A stretch of 64,000 nt of DNA from an uncultured Acidimicrobiia bacterium (GTDB lineage: Bacteria; Actinomycetota; Acidimicrobiia; Acidimicrobiales; SZUA-35), in contig CAWAEN010000002.1 in the NCBI GenBank assembly GCA_963781035.1, positions 20,998-84,997 on the forward strand, given 5' to 3'. Position 1 is the stretch's first letter, and each line of letters starts with the position of its first letter. Shown here piece after piece: positions 49,737 to 60,372 of this stretch. The position numbers and the translations under genes are program-made. The notes beneath the pieces were generated by a model. It ran no database searches. It had not been told where the DNA came from and saw nothing but the letters and a program-made list of their open reading frames with translations.

Positions 49737-51124
49737 TGCAACGCCGCCTCACGCTGGCGTTGCTCGCCACTGCTCTTGCTGCCATCGTCCTCGTCGGCGC
49801 CGGTGTCCTGACGCTCGCCCGCATCGGGGCCGAACGTGAGGCCCGGGATCGAGTCGCCGTCCAACTCGACGCCGTCGTGGAACTCGTGGAGCGCAGCGGC
49901 CGGGCGAACGACATCGGCCCGGTCGTCGCCAGATTGGGCGACGCATTCGACGGCGTGACGATCGATCTCGGCATCCTCGGACCGAACGGAGGCCTTCGTT
50001 CCCTTCGTCGGGATCGCAACAACAACGACATCGGTCCAGCCCTCGATGCCGCCTCTGTCTCCACGGCCGGCTCGGGCGAGGCGGTCTACACCCGGGTCGG
50101 CGACCGCGTGCGAGGCATCCGCACCGTCGACGTCGAGCTCCCATCGCAGTTCTCAGGAGCCAGCGGCATCGTCATCGTCCAGAGCCAGGTGGCGACCATC
50201 GGGGCCAGGGCCCGCCTGTGGTTCGTGCTGAGCGGCGCCATCGTCCTACTCGGGGCTGCGCTGGTCGCCTCGCTGTTGGCCCGGCGGTTCGTCCGCCCGA
50301 TTCGTCAGGCGACTGCAGCCGCCGCTTCCATCGCCGGCGGCGATCTCGGCGTCCGGGTTCCCGTCGTCGGTACCGACGAGATCGCCGATCTGGGCGCCGG
50401 GATCAACAACATGGCAGCCGAGTTGGAGCGGGGCCGCGCAGCCGAGCAGCAGTTTCTGCTGTCGGTGTCCCACGACCTCCGAACTCCGCTCACGGCGATC
50501 AGAGGGTTCGGCGAGGCCTTGGAGGACGGCACCGCGGTCGATGCCCAGAAGGCCGGTGCCGTGATCACCCACCATGCGAACCGCCTCGGACGCCTCGTCA
50601 GCGATCTCCTCGATCTCGGCAAGCTCGAGGCTCGTCAGTTCCGGTTCGCGATGCGGCCCATCGACGCTGCAACCGTGATCCGAGCGGCCGCCACCGGGGC
50701 CGAACCGCAGGCCCGGGAACGCGGCGTCGTCATCTCGGCCGCAGCCGACGACACGGCGATGGTCCATGCCGATCCCGATCGGCTCGGACAGATCGTTGCC
50801 AACCTCATCGAGAACGCACTCGCCTTCGCCGAGAGCTCGGTCGACATCACCGTCGCAGCGAGCGACGGGTTCGTCGCCGTCACCGTCGCCGATGACGGCC
50901 CCGGCATCGATTCGGCGGACCTCCCCCACGTGTTCGAGCGCTTGTACGTCACGAAGCTCGTCCCCGAACGAAGCGAGAGCTCGAGCGGTCTCGGTCTCGC
51001 CATCGTGCGCGAACTGACGTTGGCGATGGGCGGGACCGTCCACGCCGCGCCTCGTGGCGGCGGCGGAACATCGATGGTCGTGCGATTCCCCGCCCTCCCG
51101 ACCGCCCCGCCTCCCCCGGCGTGA
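49736..51124 (+). CDS. HAMP-domain sensor histidine kinase
   Basis: 2 TMs, HAMP, SHDLRTPLT, NLIENA, DDGPGI, GLGLAIV. Confidence 0.95.
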   Translation: MQRRLTLALLATALAAIVLVGAGVLTLARIGAEREARDRVAVQLDAVVELVERSGRANDIGPVVARLGDAFDGVTIDLGILGPNGGLRSLRRDRNNNDIGPALDAASVSTAGSGEAVYTRVGDRVRGIRTVDVELPSQFSGASGIVIVQSQVATIGARARLWFVLSGAIVLLGAALVASLLARRFVRPIRQATAAAASIAGGDLGVRVPVVGTDEIADLGAGINNMAAELERGRAAEQQFLLSVSHDLRTPLTAIRGFGEALEDGTAVDAQKAGAVITHHANRLGRLVSDLLDLGKLEARQFRFAMRPIDAATVIRAAATGAEPQARERGVVISAAADDTAMVHADPDRLGQIVANLIENALAFAESSVDITVAASDGFVAVTVADDGPGIDSADLPHVFERLYVTKLVPERSESSSGLGLAIVRELTLAMGGTVHAAPRGGGGTSMVVRFPALPTAPPPPA

Positions 51125-51143
51125 CAGCCCTGACCTGACGCCG

Positions 51144-52121
51144 TCAGGTCCAGTGCGGTGGTTGGACCGACGCCGTCACCGGTGCGCCGTCGATGTCCAC
51201 GGTCAGCTGGACCGGCGCCTCGACGCCTCGCTTGATCGACGCCAGCACGGCAACGTGGTCGGTTGCGACCGCAATGCTCGTGATCACACCGACCGGTTCA
51301 CCATCCAGGAGCAACTCGTCTCCCACCTGAGGCACGTGGCCGACCGCCAGTCTGGCAGGATGGACCGAGCGGGGCGTGTTGTTCCCTCGAGAGTCGATAC
51401 GAGCCACCAATTCCTGTCCGACGTAGCAACCCTTCGTGAAGTCGACCGACCGCTGTACGACGCCCGTCTCGGCCGGAATGGTCTTCTCACCGAACTCGTG
51501 ACCCATGGCCGGACGGCCGGCCTCGACCCGTTCGAGATCGACGATGGCCGCATCGCCGAGCACCACTCCTGCGGCCACGAGCGCATCGGCAACCCCTGGG
51601 GCCTCGAGGTCGAGACCCAGCAGGTCGACCCCCACCGACGATGGCCAGTCGAGTTGGATCGCGACCACTCGTTCGAGATCTGATCCCGCCGACGCAGCCG
51701 CCGGCATGTCGTCGACCGTCGCGAGAAGGGCCGCTGCCGGCGGCGTCTCCGGGCCCCGAACGACCACCGTCGGCACCTGCTCGTGAAGGACGAACGTCGC
51801 CTTGGTCCTGAGCTTGAAACGCTCGAGCCGTTCGAGCGTGGCCGATCCCGCCCCGTCGTCGGTGTCGAACCAGAAGGTTTCCGGCCCGACTCGACTCAGG
51901 CGCCCCCAGGCGGTGACCCTTCCGTTGGGCTCGAGCAGCAGTGTCCAGGACGACGTTCCTTCACCGAGACCCTCGGCATCCTGGCTGATCTGGCCCTGGA
52001 GATAGCCCGCTGCCTCCGGACCGTCGATCACGAGAACATCACGTCGAGCGGGGGCGGCCATGGCTGCCTCGCGCAACGCCTTCTCCGACTCTTCGAACGA
52101 CACGGGCGTTGACGTCAACAT
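51144..52121 (-). CDS. YgfZ/GcvT-family folate-binding protein
   Basis: YLQGQISQD and KGCYVGQELVARI signature. Confidence 0.9.
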   Translation of the reverse strand: MLTSTPVSFEESEKALREAAMAAPARRDVLVIDGPEAAGYLQGQISQDAEGLGEGTSSWTLLLEPNGRVTAWGRLSRVGPETFWFDTDDGAGSATLERLERFKLRTKATFVLHEQVPTVVVRGPETPPAAALLATVDDMPAAASAGSDLERVVAIQLDWPSSVGVDLLGLDLEAPGVADALVAAGVVLGDAAIVDLERVEAGRPAMGHEFGEKTIPAETGVVQRSVDFTKGCYVGQELVARIDSRGNNTPRSVHPARLAVGHVPQVGDELLLDGEPVGVITSIAVATDHVAVLASIKRGVEAPVQLTVDIDGAPVTASVQPPHWT

Positions 52122-52227
52122 TTTCTGAGTATGCCTCCTCATCGGGTGGGACCGAGAACGAATCGAGACAGGATGTTCCGTCACTGGAATCGGGCGTCGG
52201 CGGGCCGCCGTCCGAAGGTCACCACAC

Positions 52228-53619
52228 GTGCTCTTCCCCACCTTCACCTTCGCGCTCTTCTTCTCCATCGTCTACGGCGTGCACGTCTTGTTGCGCGCCC
52301 GGCCGACGGCGTGGAAAGTGGCGATGACGATCGCATCGGCGGTGTTCTACGGATGGTGGGATCCCCGCTTCCTCGGCTTGATCGCCGGCTCGATCGTCTT
52401 CAACTGGTGGGCGGCCCGCCGAGTCGACCGTGTGGTCGGTCGACGCCGTCTCCGGCGGGTGCGCTTCGCTGTGCTCATGAACCTGGTTCTGCTCGGGTTC
52501 TTCAAGTACTGGGGATTTTTCGTGGCCTCGCTGGTTTCCGCCTTCGGAGGCGACCAACCGGTGCCCTTCCTCGAGGTGATCCTGCCGGTCGGCATCTCCT
52601 TCTACACGTTCCAGGCGTTGAGCTACGTCATCGATGTCCACCGCCGCGACGTCCGACCGGTCGGGCTCCTCGATGTCGCCGTGTTCCTCTCGTTCTTCCC
52701 CCAACTCGTCGCCGGCCCCATCGTCCGAGCGAAGGAGTTCCTACCCCAGCTCCAGCGCCATCGCCTGAACGACGAAGTGGACTCAGCCGATGCAGCGTGG
52801 ATGATCGGTCGCGGACTCTTCAAGAAGGTGGTGATCGCCACCTACCTCGCCGAGAACGTCGTCGACCTGGCGTTCGCCGCTCCGACCGAGGCAACCAAGC
52901 TCGAACTCCTCCAAGGAATGTACGGATACGCGATCCAGATCTACGCCGACTTCTCCGGCTACACCGACATCGCCATCGGGATTGCTCTGCTCCTGGGTTT
53001 TCGGTTCCCGGTGAACTTCGACAATCCCTACCGATCGCTGTCCATCCAGGACTTCTGGCGCCGGTGGCACATGACCTTGTCGAACTGGCTCCGCGACTAC
53101 CTCTACATCCCGCTCGGAGGCAATCGAGCCGGTTCGCTCATGACCTATCGCAACCTCATGCTGACGATGATCCTCGGCGGGCTCTGGCACGGTGCCGCGT
53201 GGACCTTCGTCGCCTGGGGTGGGCTGCACGGGCTGGCCTTGTCGGTGGAGCGAGGCGTCGGCGTGTCAGCGAACACCCGGATGTCCGGGCTCGGTGCCGT
53301 CGTTCGATGGCTTCTCACCTTCCACATCGTGTGTTTCGCGTGGGTGCTCTTCCGGGCCGAGAGCTTCGAGCTGGCCACCGACTTCCTCGCTGGTTTGATC
53401 ACGGCTCCGCTCGGCTCCGGCGTCGAATGGGTGGCCGTTGTCGTGATTCTGGTATCACTGGCCGCCCAACTGATTCCGACCGACATCGTCGCTACGGTCC
53501 GCGATCGCGTGGGCGACACCGATCCCTTGCTCCAGGGTGCTCTACTCGGCGTCTGGATCGCTCTGGTTGTCTCCCTCGGTCCCGAAGGTGTCGCCCCCTT
53601 CATCTACTTCCAGTTCTGA
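52228..53619 (+). CDS. MBOAT family O-acyltransferase (AlgI/PatA-like)
   Basis: LPVGISFYTFQ, FFPQLVAGPI, QIYADFSGYTD, FWRRWHMTLS, GLWHGA, FIYFQF. Confidence 0.93.
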   Translation: MLFPTFTFALFFSIVYGVHVLLRARPTAWKVAMTIASAVFYGWWDPRFLGLIAGSIVFNWWAARRVDRVVGRRRLRRVRFAVLMNLVLLGFFKYWGFFVASLVSAFGGDQPVPFLEVILPVGISFYTFQALSYVIDVHRRDVRPVGLLDVAVFLSFFPQLVAGPIVRAKEFLPQLQRHRLNDEVDSADAAWMIGRGLFKKVVIATYLAENVVDLAFAAPTEATKLELLQGMYGYAIQIYADFSGYTDIAIGIALLLGFRFPVNFDNPYRSLSIQDFWRRWHMTLSNWLRDYLYIPLGGNRAGSLMTYRNLMLTMILGGLWHGAAWTFVAWGGLHGLALSVERGVGVSANTRMSGLGAVVRWLLTFHIVCFAWVLFRAESFELATDFLAGLITAPLGSGVEWVAVVVILVSLAAQLIPTDIVATVRDRVGDTDPLLQGALLGVWIALVVSLGPEGVAPFIYFQF

Positions 53620-53632
53620 GGTGCGCGCCCCC

Positions 53633-54929
53633 GTGCCTCGCCGTTCTCGTCTCCCTGTCCACCGTCCCCCCAACCACTCACCCGAAACGCACCTTTCTCG
53701 TTCCATGCTCGACGCGCTCCCCAAGATCATCCGACCCGCTCGTAAGCAGAGCATCTTCCGGACCGATCGCGGCGGCGCGTCCGGCGTCGGGAGGGTGTTC
53801 GGCGGCCTGGTGGTGTGCCTGGTCGTGACCGGACTCCTCAGCTCGGGACGACTGGTGTCCATGGCCGAGCGACAGGAGTTCGGTTCTCGCCGAGATCGGT
53901 GGATCGTCGCTGCAGGGAGAGTCGATGCCATCGCCGGCGCCCTCCAGCTCGATCGGCCGGCCCGAGCGATCGACGCTGCCCTCGGTCGAAACGACGACGA
54001 ACCCGTCGAGATCGTCCTCGGCGACCTCACCCCGGTCTCGACAGTGGCCGAGACCACGCCGACGCAGTCTCCGGATTCGACGATCGACGAACAAGCGCTG
54101 ACACCGGACACATCGGTCGCCGTTCGGCCGGCGCCAACGACCACGACCACCGCCGCACCGACGACCACGACCACCGCCCCGCCGATCCTCGGCGAGGTGT
54201 CGGTCAACGATCCGCTTCGCATCTGGGTCGGTGGCGACTCGTTGGGTGAGTACATCGGCTCCCAACTGCTCTACAAGGTCGCCGATCCGGACCTGACCGA
54301 GATCGAGATGGACTTCGCCATCAGTACCGGTCTTGCCAGACCGGACTACTTCGACTGGCCGGCGCGTCTCAGCGAGATCATGCAACGCGGCGACCGGCCC
54401 CAGGTCGTGGTGTTCATGGTCGGCGGCAACGACGACCAGGACGTGATGGTCGACGGCCGGCGGGGGGTCATCGGAACCGACGATTGGCGAGCCGCATACC
54501 AGCAGCGGGTCGCCACGATGATGGACATCGCTGCCTACGACGGCGTCCAGATGTTGTGGATCAATCTGCCACCGATGCGGGATGAGTCGCGACAGGCGAT
54601 CGCCGGCGACATCAACGCAGCCCTGCGAAGCCGAAGCCGCGGCGAGACCCTGGGTCGATGTCGTCGACATCGTCGATCTGTTCACCGGACCGGGCGGAGG
54701 GTACGACCAGTTCATCGACGAGCCGGGCGGAGCAGCGACCCGGAAGGCCAGAGCAAGCGACGGTGTGCACATCACCAGATCGGCGAGCGAGTGGGTGGCC
54801 GATCTGGTCTGGCAGTCGGTCCGGGATCGGTGGAGCTTCGACTACCTCACGCCGCCGACCGTTCCGCCGTCCACCTCGACGACGCAGCCAACCGAAACGA
54901 ATCAGCCGACCACGACATCTGGCTCCTGA
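53633..54929 (+). CDS. SGNH/DUF459-family membrane-anchored protein (frameshifted, start uncertain)
   Basis: TM, Thr/Pro linker, GDSL, STGLARPDYFDW, GGND, DGVH. Confidence 0.8.
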
Positions 54930-54932
54930 GCA

Positions 54933-56489
54933 TCAGCGATTGCGTTCGGCGGTCATCCTTCGCGCCGGGTCGACCGCCGAGAGCAGCGCCCTCGCCTTGT
55001 TGGCGCACTCCAGGTCCTCCAATTGAGGATCGCTGTCGGCGACGACACCGGCTCCGGCCTGCACGCTTGCCGAGCCATCGGGAAGACAGATCATCGTCCG
55101 GATGGTGATGGCGGTGTCGAGATTGCCGGAGAAGTCGAGATAGCCGACGACACCGGCGTACGGCCCACGTTTCACCGGCTCGAGCTCGTCGATGATCTCC
55201 ATGGCTCGGACCTTCGGCGCGCCGGACACGGTTCCTGCAGGGATGGTCGCCCGCAGGACGTCGATGACGCCGAGCTCTGGCCGGAGGTTCCCGGCGACCT
55301 GGCTCGTGAGGTGCATGACGTGGCTGTAGTTCTCGAGCGTCATCATCTCCTCGACCTCGAGGCTGCCGTAGGAGACCACTCGCCCGACGTCGTTGCGAGC
55401 GAGATCGACCAGCATCACGTGCTCGGCCTGTTCCTTCGGGTCCTCGGCCAACTCGGCCGCCATGCGGCGGTCCTCTTCATCGGTCCGGCCACGGCGCCTG
55501 GTGCCGGCGATGGGCCGGGAGATCACACGACCGTCGCGCACCTGCACGAGGGGTTCGGGCGAGCATCCGACGATGGTGACCTCGGGCTGACGCAGGAGGT
55601 ACATGTACGGGCTGGGGTTGATCTGGCGGAGAACGCGGTAGACGTCGACGGGGTCGGCGTCGAGGTCGAAGCTGAACCGCTGCGACAGCACGACCTGGAA
55701 GATGTCGCCGGCGCGGATGAACTCCTTTGCCACTTCGACCGCGCGTTGGTAGTCGCCACTGCCCATGGAGGAAGTGACCTCGGGGAGCACGGGATCGTCC
55801 GAGGGAGGGTCGAGCATGGGTTCGTTGATGGGGCGAGCGCCGGCGGCGGCGAGGTCATCGAGACGATCGACGGCATCGAGGTAGGCATGATCGATCTGTT
55901 CCGGCGTGGCGTCGACGGGCAACAGTGCGACCGCAACCAGTGTCACTCGCTGGCGCCAGTGGTCGAAGACGGCCATGTCGCCGATCACATCGAAGATGGC
56001 GTCCGGCAGGTCGTGCTCGGCCTCGGGAACGTCAGGGAGCCGTTCGACCTCACGTACCACGTCGTAGGCGAAATAGCCGACGAGTCCGGAGATGAGCGGG
56101 GGAAGGTTCGGCAAACGAGGGGCGCGGTAGCGCTCGATCAAGGTCTCGACGAGGGTGAGAATGCCCTGGTCGAGCGGGAGATCGGTGTCGGGCAGCTCAC
56201 CGCGGATCTCGATGGCGCCGTCTCGAGCAACGATCGTGGCGTGCGGGCGGCGGCCAACGAAGCTGAATCGGCTCCACCGCTCGCCGTTCTCCACCGATTC
56301 GAGGAGGAACCCCGCGTCGTCCGACACAGTCCGGAGAAAGATCGACACTGGAGTGGTGAGATCGGCGAGGAGCTCGCGGGTGACGGGCACCGCTCGGTGG
56401 CCGGCGGCGTGCGCCCTGAAGTCCTCGATGGACGTGGTGCCGTCTGGCCCGGCATCTCCACCCGTCGCGGGCGAGGTCGGAGCGGTCAT
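54933..56489 (-). CDS. trpE: anthranilate synthase component I
   Basis: [50 protein letters not shown]. Confidence 0.95.
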   Translation of the reverse strand: MTAPTSPATGGDAGPDGTTSIEDFRAHAAGHRAVPVTRELLADLTTPVSIFLRTVSDDAGFLLESVENGERWSRFSFVGRRPHATIVARDGAIEIRGELPDTDLPLDQGILTLVETLIERYRAPRLPNLPPLISGLVGYFAYDVVREVERLPDVPEAEHDLPDAIFDVIGDMAVFDHWRQRVTLVAVALLPVDATPEQIDHAYLDAVDRLDDLAAAGARPINEPMLDPPSDDPVLPEVTSSMGSGDYQRAVEVAKEFIRAGDIFQVVLSQRFSFDLDADPVDVYRVLRQINPSPYMYLLRQPEVTIVGCSPEPLVQVRDGRVISRPIAGTRRRGRTDEEDRRMAAELAEDPKEQAEHVMLVDLARNDVGRVVSYGSLEVEEMMTLENYSHVMHLTSQVAGNLRPELGVIDVLRATIPAGTVSGAPKVRAMEIIDELEPVKRGPYAGVVGYLDFSGNLDTAITIRTMICLPDGSASVQAGAGVVADSDPQLEDLECANKARALLSAVDPARRMTAERNR

Positions 56490-56869
56490 GCCTCGGTCTC
56501 GACGAATCGGCCGGAGTCGTGGCCGAACGGAAAGTGGAAGCACGACCGCTCGCCGGTGTGACAGGCACCCTCGCCGACCTGTTCGACTCGAAACAGCAGT
56601 GCGTCGCCGTCGCAGTCGTAGGCGGCTGAGCGGATGTTCTGATGGTTGCCGGAGGTGTCGCCCTTTCGCCAGAGCTCCTGGCGAGACCGACTCCAGAAGA
56701 CGGTGCGGCCCTGCTCGAGGGACGCGGCGAGCGAGTCGGCGTTCATGAAGGCGAACATGAGCACGTCGCCGGTGTCGTCGTCCTGGATGATGGCGGGGAC
56801 GAGTCCGTCCTCGTCGTAGCGGATGGCCGCCAACTGCTCGGCTGTCACGTCGATCACATCACACTCCAC
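56486..56869 (-). CDS. hisI: phosphoribosyl-AMP cyclohydrolase
   Basis: [38 protein letters not shown]. Confidence 0.95.
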   Translation of the reverse strand: MECDVIDVTAEQLAAIRYDEDGLVPAIIQDDDTGDVLMFAFMNADSLAASLEQGRTVFWSRSRQELWRKGDTSGNHQNIRSAAYDCDGDALLFRVEQVGEGACHTGERSCFHFPFGHDSGRFVETEA

Positions 56870-56907
56870 TCCACTTCACCGCCGCACCCTACCAACCCCA
56901 CCCCGCC

Positions 56908-56959
56908 GCAAACCTCGGGTTTGAGCCCCACAGAATCGGGGGTCATAGCCTCGGGTTGG
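56908..56959 (+). repeat. ~52-bp structured repeat, copy A
   Basis: GCAAACCTCGGGTTTGAGCCCCACAGAATCGGGGGTCATAGCCTCGGGTTGG. Confidence 0.85.
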
Positions 56960-56965
56960 TTCCAG

Positions 56966-57911
56966 TCACGCCGGATGGAGCGGCTCGACGGTGCCGACGA
57001 CGAACCTCAGGTAGTCCGCCACCTCACCCCATCGGTGCACCACCTCGTCCCATCCGAACCGGAGGACTCGCCAGCCATGCCGTTCCGCTCGCCGATCCCG
57101 CCTGGCATCCTCGACCCGGGCATCGACGCTGTCGTGCCACGCACGACCATCGAGTTCGAGGATGAGGCGATGCTCGACCAGAGCGAAGTCGACGACACCC
57201 GTCACCCCATCCGACCAAGGCGGCCGGTACTGAGAAACCAGCGGCGGCAGACCGCAGACTGAGTAGCGGCGGAGGAACTCCCGCTCGAGCACACTCAGCT
57301 CGACGGCCGAGCCGGTGAGCAATGGGGCAAGCCGCTCCCGGCGAACCCGCACACCCGGTCGACCACGACGTGCCATCGACATGTCGCACGCGATCAGCTC
57401 ACTCTCCGACAATCCGTTGCTGCTCAGCGCCCGCGTCACGAGGCGCTCGGCTGCCGGGCTCGAAAGCATCGGCGTCAGTTCACAGACCGTTCTGGCCAAC
57501 GTCAATGACCGGACGCCTCGTGCTTCGCAGAGATCGACCTCCGGCAGATGCTGCGACTGGCGGGGAGACGGAGACGCGACTGGCGGAGAGCCAGTCCGGA
57601 ACGGTTCGTCCGGCCGTGCGGCACGACGAGCCGCGGAAGTCCGAGTGCTCGACCCGAAGACCGTGCAACCAGGCGGCGGTCTCGAGATCGGCTGCGCTGT
57701 GGCGTAGAGCCAGAACAGCGACGGTCACACGCTGGAGTTCGTCATCGCCGCTGAACAGGCGATAGATGCCAGGCACGACCACCTCCACCGACCCCGCTCG
57801 GAGCCATCGATCAATCGTGTTGCCTGACAGACCCGCCTCACGTAGGAGCCGTCGGCTGACGACTCCGTGGTGACGGGTGGCAATCTCGGCCACTTTCGCG
57901 TGCACTTGCAT
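56966..57911 (-). CDS. AbiEi-like N-terminal HTH + DUF559/Vsr-like PD-(D/E)xK nuclease domain protein (frameshifted)
   Basis: N-terminal ATRHHGVVSRRLL..GLS..PGIY; C-terminal S.LE, VDFA..LILELDG..WH..DARRD..GWRVLRF. Confidence 0.85.
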
Positions 57912-57977
57912 GTCCTTCTCCTCAGCGGCCGTTGTCACGGCCCGTCGATTCAGCGCGGCGGGAGTCGTGGACTCCGA

Positions 57978-58029
57978 GCAAACCGAGGCGATCACCCCCG
58001 CTTCTGGGGGCTCCAAACCTCGGGTTTGA
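57978..58029 (-). repeat. ~52-bp structured repeat, copy C (inverted relative to A)
   Basis: minus strand TCAAACCCGAGGTTTGGAGCCCCCAGAAGCGGGGGTGATCGCCTCGGTTTGC; about 42/53 columns match A by hand alignment. Confidence 0.75.
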
Positions 58030-58052
58030 GGGGAAGGCGAGCGAGACGTGAG

Positions 58053-58421
58053 CTAGAGGTAGAGGCCGGTGGGGGAATCGTCGAGGCGCTTGGCAGCAAC
58101 CGCGTGGATGTCGCGCTCGCGCAAGATGATGTAGTCGCTGCCGCCGACCTCGACCTCGTAGCGATCCTCGGGGTTGAAGAGCACTCGATCGTTGAGTTCC
58201 ATCGAGCGAACGTTCGGTCCGACCGCCACCACAAGAGCCCATGTCAGCCGCTTTCCGACCTGCGCCGTCGCAGGAATCAGGATGCCGCCGCTCGACCTGC
58301 GATCACCGTCTGCCCCTTCGAGCTCGACCAGGATGCGATCGTTCAGCATCTTGATCGGCAGCTTCCCCTTGGCCGCACGATCGGCGTTACCCGAAGCGGA
58401 ACCTGCATTTTCCTGTGGCAC
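58053..58421 (-). CDS. GroES-family co-chaperonin (stand-alone)
   Basis: IKMLNDRILV, SSGGILIPAT, VVAVGP, YIILRERDIHAV. Confidence 0.85.
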   Translation of the reverse strand: MPQENAGSASGNADRAAKGKLPIKMLNDRILVELEGADGDRRSSGGILIPATAQVGKRLTWALVVAVGPNVRSMELNDRVLFNPEDRYEVEVGGSDYIILRERDIHAVAAKRLDDSPTGLYL

Positions 58422-58446
58422 TCGGCGAACGGTACCGTGCCGGAAC

Positions 58447-59121
58447 ATGTCCGCCGACGATGCTGCCCGACACGAGCGCCTCGCTCTCACCACTGCAGAC
58501 GGACTACGACTCCGGGCGGAATGGTCCGACGCCACCGGATCAGCCGGCGTTGCCTCGGCCCCGACTGGCGACGGGGCACATCGGCCGACGGCCGTTCTCT
58601 GCCATCCACACCCGCTCCACGGCGGGAACATGCACGCATCGATCATCGACCGTCTGTTCCACGATCTACCCGCTCTCGGCGTTCCGGCTCTCAGGTTCAA
58701 CTTCCGCGGCGTACAGGGGTCGGACGGACGCCACGATCACGGGAATCGGGAGCGCTATGACGTCATGGCTGCGATTGATTTCGCCGAAGCCAGGCGACCC
58801 GAGGCGCCCGTTCGTCTGATCGGCTGGTCGTTCGGAGCTGATGTCGCCCTCGCAACACCGCACCCTGCCCTCGACGGCTGGATCGCCATCGCTCCCCCGC
58901 TGCGGGTGATCGAACCCGGGGAGATGATCGCCGCTTCTGACGGTCGGCATTCGCATCTGCTCGTCGGCGAGCAGGATGCCTACCGATCACCGGCGGATGC
59001 CCGAGTCATGACGGCAACGTGGACGGCAACGACAGTCGCCGAGATCCCCGATGCCGATCACTTCTTCACCGGAACACTCGATGCCTTGGTCGAAGCGGTG
59101 GTGGCCCTCGTCGTCGCCTGA
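58447..59121 (+). CDS. alpha/beta hydrolase
   Basis: CHPHPLHGGNM, LRFNFRG, GWSFGA, ADHFF. Confidence 0.9.
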   Translation: MSADDAARHERLALTTADGLRLRAEWSDATGSAGVASAPTGDGAHRPTAVLCHPHPLHGGNMHASIIDRLFHDLPALGVPALRFNFRGVQGSDGRHDHGNRERYDVMAAIDFAEARRPEAPVRLIGWSFGADVALATPHPALDGWIAIAPPLRVIEPGEMIAASDGRHSHLLVGEQDAYRSPADARVMTATWTATTVAEIPDADHFFTGTLDALVEAVVALVVA

Positions 59122-59148
59122 TGATCCAGGACAAATCGCCCCGGCCTC

Positions 59149-60284
59149 TCAGCGGATGGGTCGACCGTGCTTCCACACGCGTGAGACCCTCGCCAGCGCT
59201 GCCGGGTCCGCCGCCGGATCGCCGTCGATGGCGATCATGTCTGCCGGGAGCCCGGGCGCCAGCCGGCCACGCTCCGGCCTCCGACACACGTCGGCCGCGG
59301 TGCTGGTGATCGCTCGCAACGCCTGCACGGTCGTCATCCCGACCCTGATGAGCGTTGGAAACGCATAGGGCAGGACGTCATGCGGCTTGAAGTCGTGGAT
59401 CCCTGCGTCGGTCCCGACCACCACGGTTCCTCCGCCGGCATGCACACGACCAAGTGCTTCGTCGATCACCGCGACGGCTGCGTCCCACGGCGCCGGCATC
59501 CTTCGGTCACGGTTGTTCCCCCACGTTGCGGACAGCGCAGTGGCGGACGCTGCAAGACGGTCGAGGAGTTCGGCTGTCGGAGCACTCTCCATCGCTTCGG
59601 TGAAGAACGTGCAGTGCTCGATCGAATCGACACCGACGTCGACCGCGGCCGAAATGCCGTCGACGCCGTGGCAATGCGCAGCGACGGGGAGACCGTGGTG
59701 GTGTGCTTCGTCCACGACGAGCCTCACATCGTCGATCGAGAACTGCGACTTCCACAGTGGGAAGGTCGGAGTCATCGCACCACCGGTCACCATGATCTTC
59801 ACGACGTCGCAGCCTCGCTCGACCCTTTCGCGGACGCGCGGCCCGCAGTCCGTCCCGTCCCTCGACCTCGCCTCCGAGATACCAGCAGTGGCCACCCGGT
59901 GGCGTGATCGGCGGGCCGGAAGCCATGATCGTCGGCAATTCGGGATGGCCCCGAAGGCCGAGCGTCACGTAGTTGCGGTCCCCCAGGTCACGGAGTGTCG
60001 TGACACCACCCACCAACGCGCGTCTGGCGTTGGCCATCGCCCGATCGGTGAGCTCGGCATCGGTGGCGCGTCGGACTTGTTCCTCGAGCGTGCCCTGCAT
60101 GTTGAATACGAGGTGCTGGTGGCAGTCGACCAGGCCGGGCAGCAGGGTTGCGTCGCCGAGATCCGTGCACGTCGATGCCCGTCGGCGGCGTTTCGCCCAC
60201 CGAGGCGACGTTGCCGTCGTGATCGACGACGACGAAGGGGTGATCGACGAATCCGTATCCGTCGAACAGTCGTGCAGCTCGCAT
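59149..60284 (-). CDS. amidohydrolase family protein (frameshifted)
   Basis: LLPGLVDCHQH, GVTTLRDLG, VAAHCHG, DSIEH, GTDAG, PADMIAIDGDP. Confidence 0.88.
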
Positions 60285-60312
60285 GGCCCACATGCGCCGA
60301 CCCTAGTTCGGT

Positions 60313-60364
60313 CGAACCGGAGGCTATTGCCCCCGATTCTGTGGGGCGCGAACCCGAGGTTTGC
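60313..60364 (-). repeat. ~52-bp structured repeat, copy B (solo, intergenic)
   Basis: minus strand GCAAACCTCGGGTTCGCGCCCCACAGAATCGGGGGCAATAGCCTCCGGTTCG; 46/52 identical to A. Confidence 0.85.
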
Positions 60365-60372
60365 AGCGGCGG

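Noticed and set aside
54130-54180. Short tandem ACCACG/ACGACC repeats
   Set aside because: They simply encode the PTTTTT linker of the SGNH protein.
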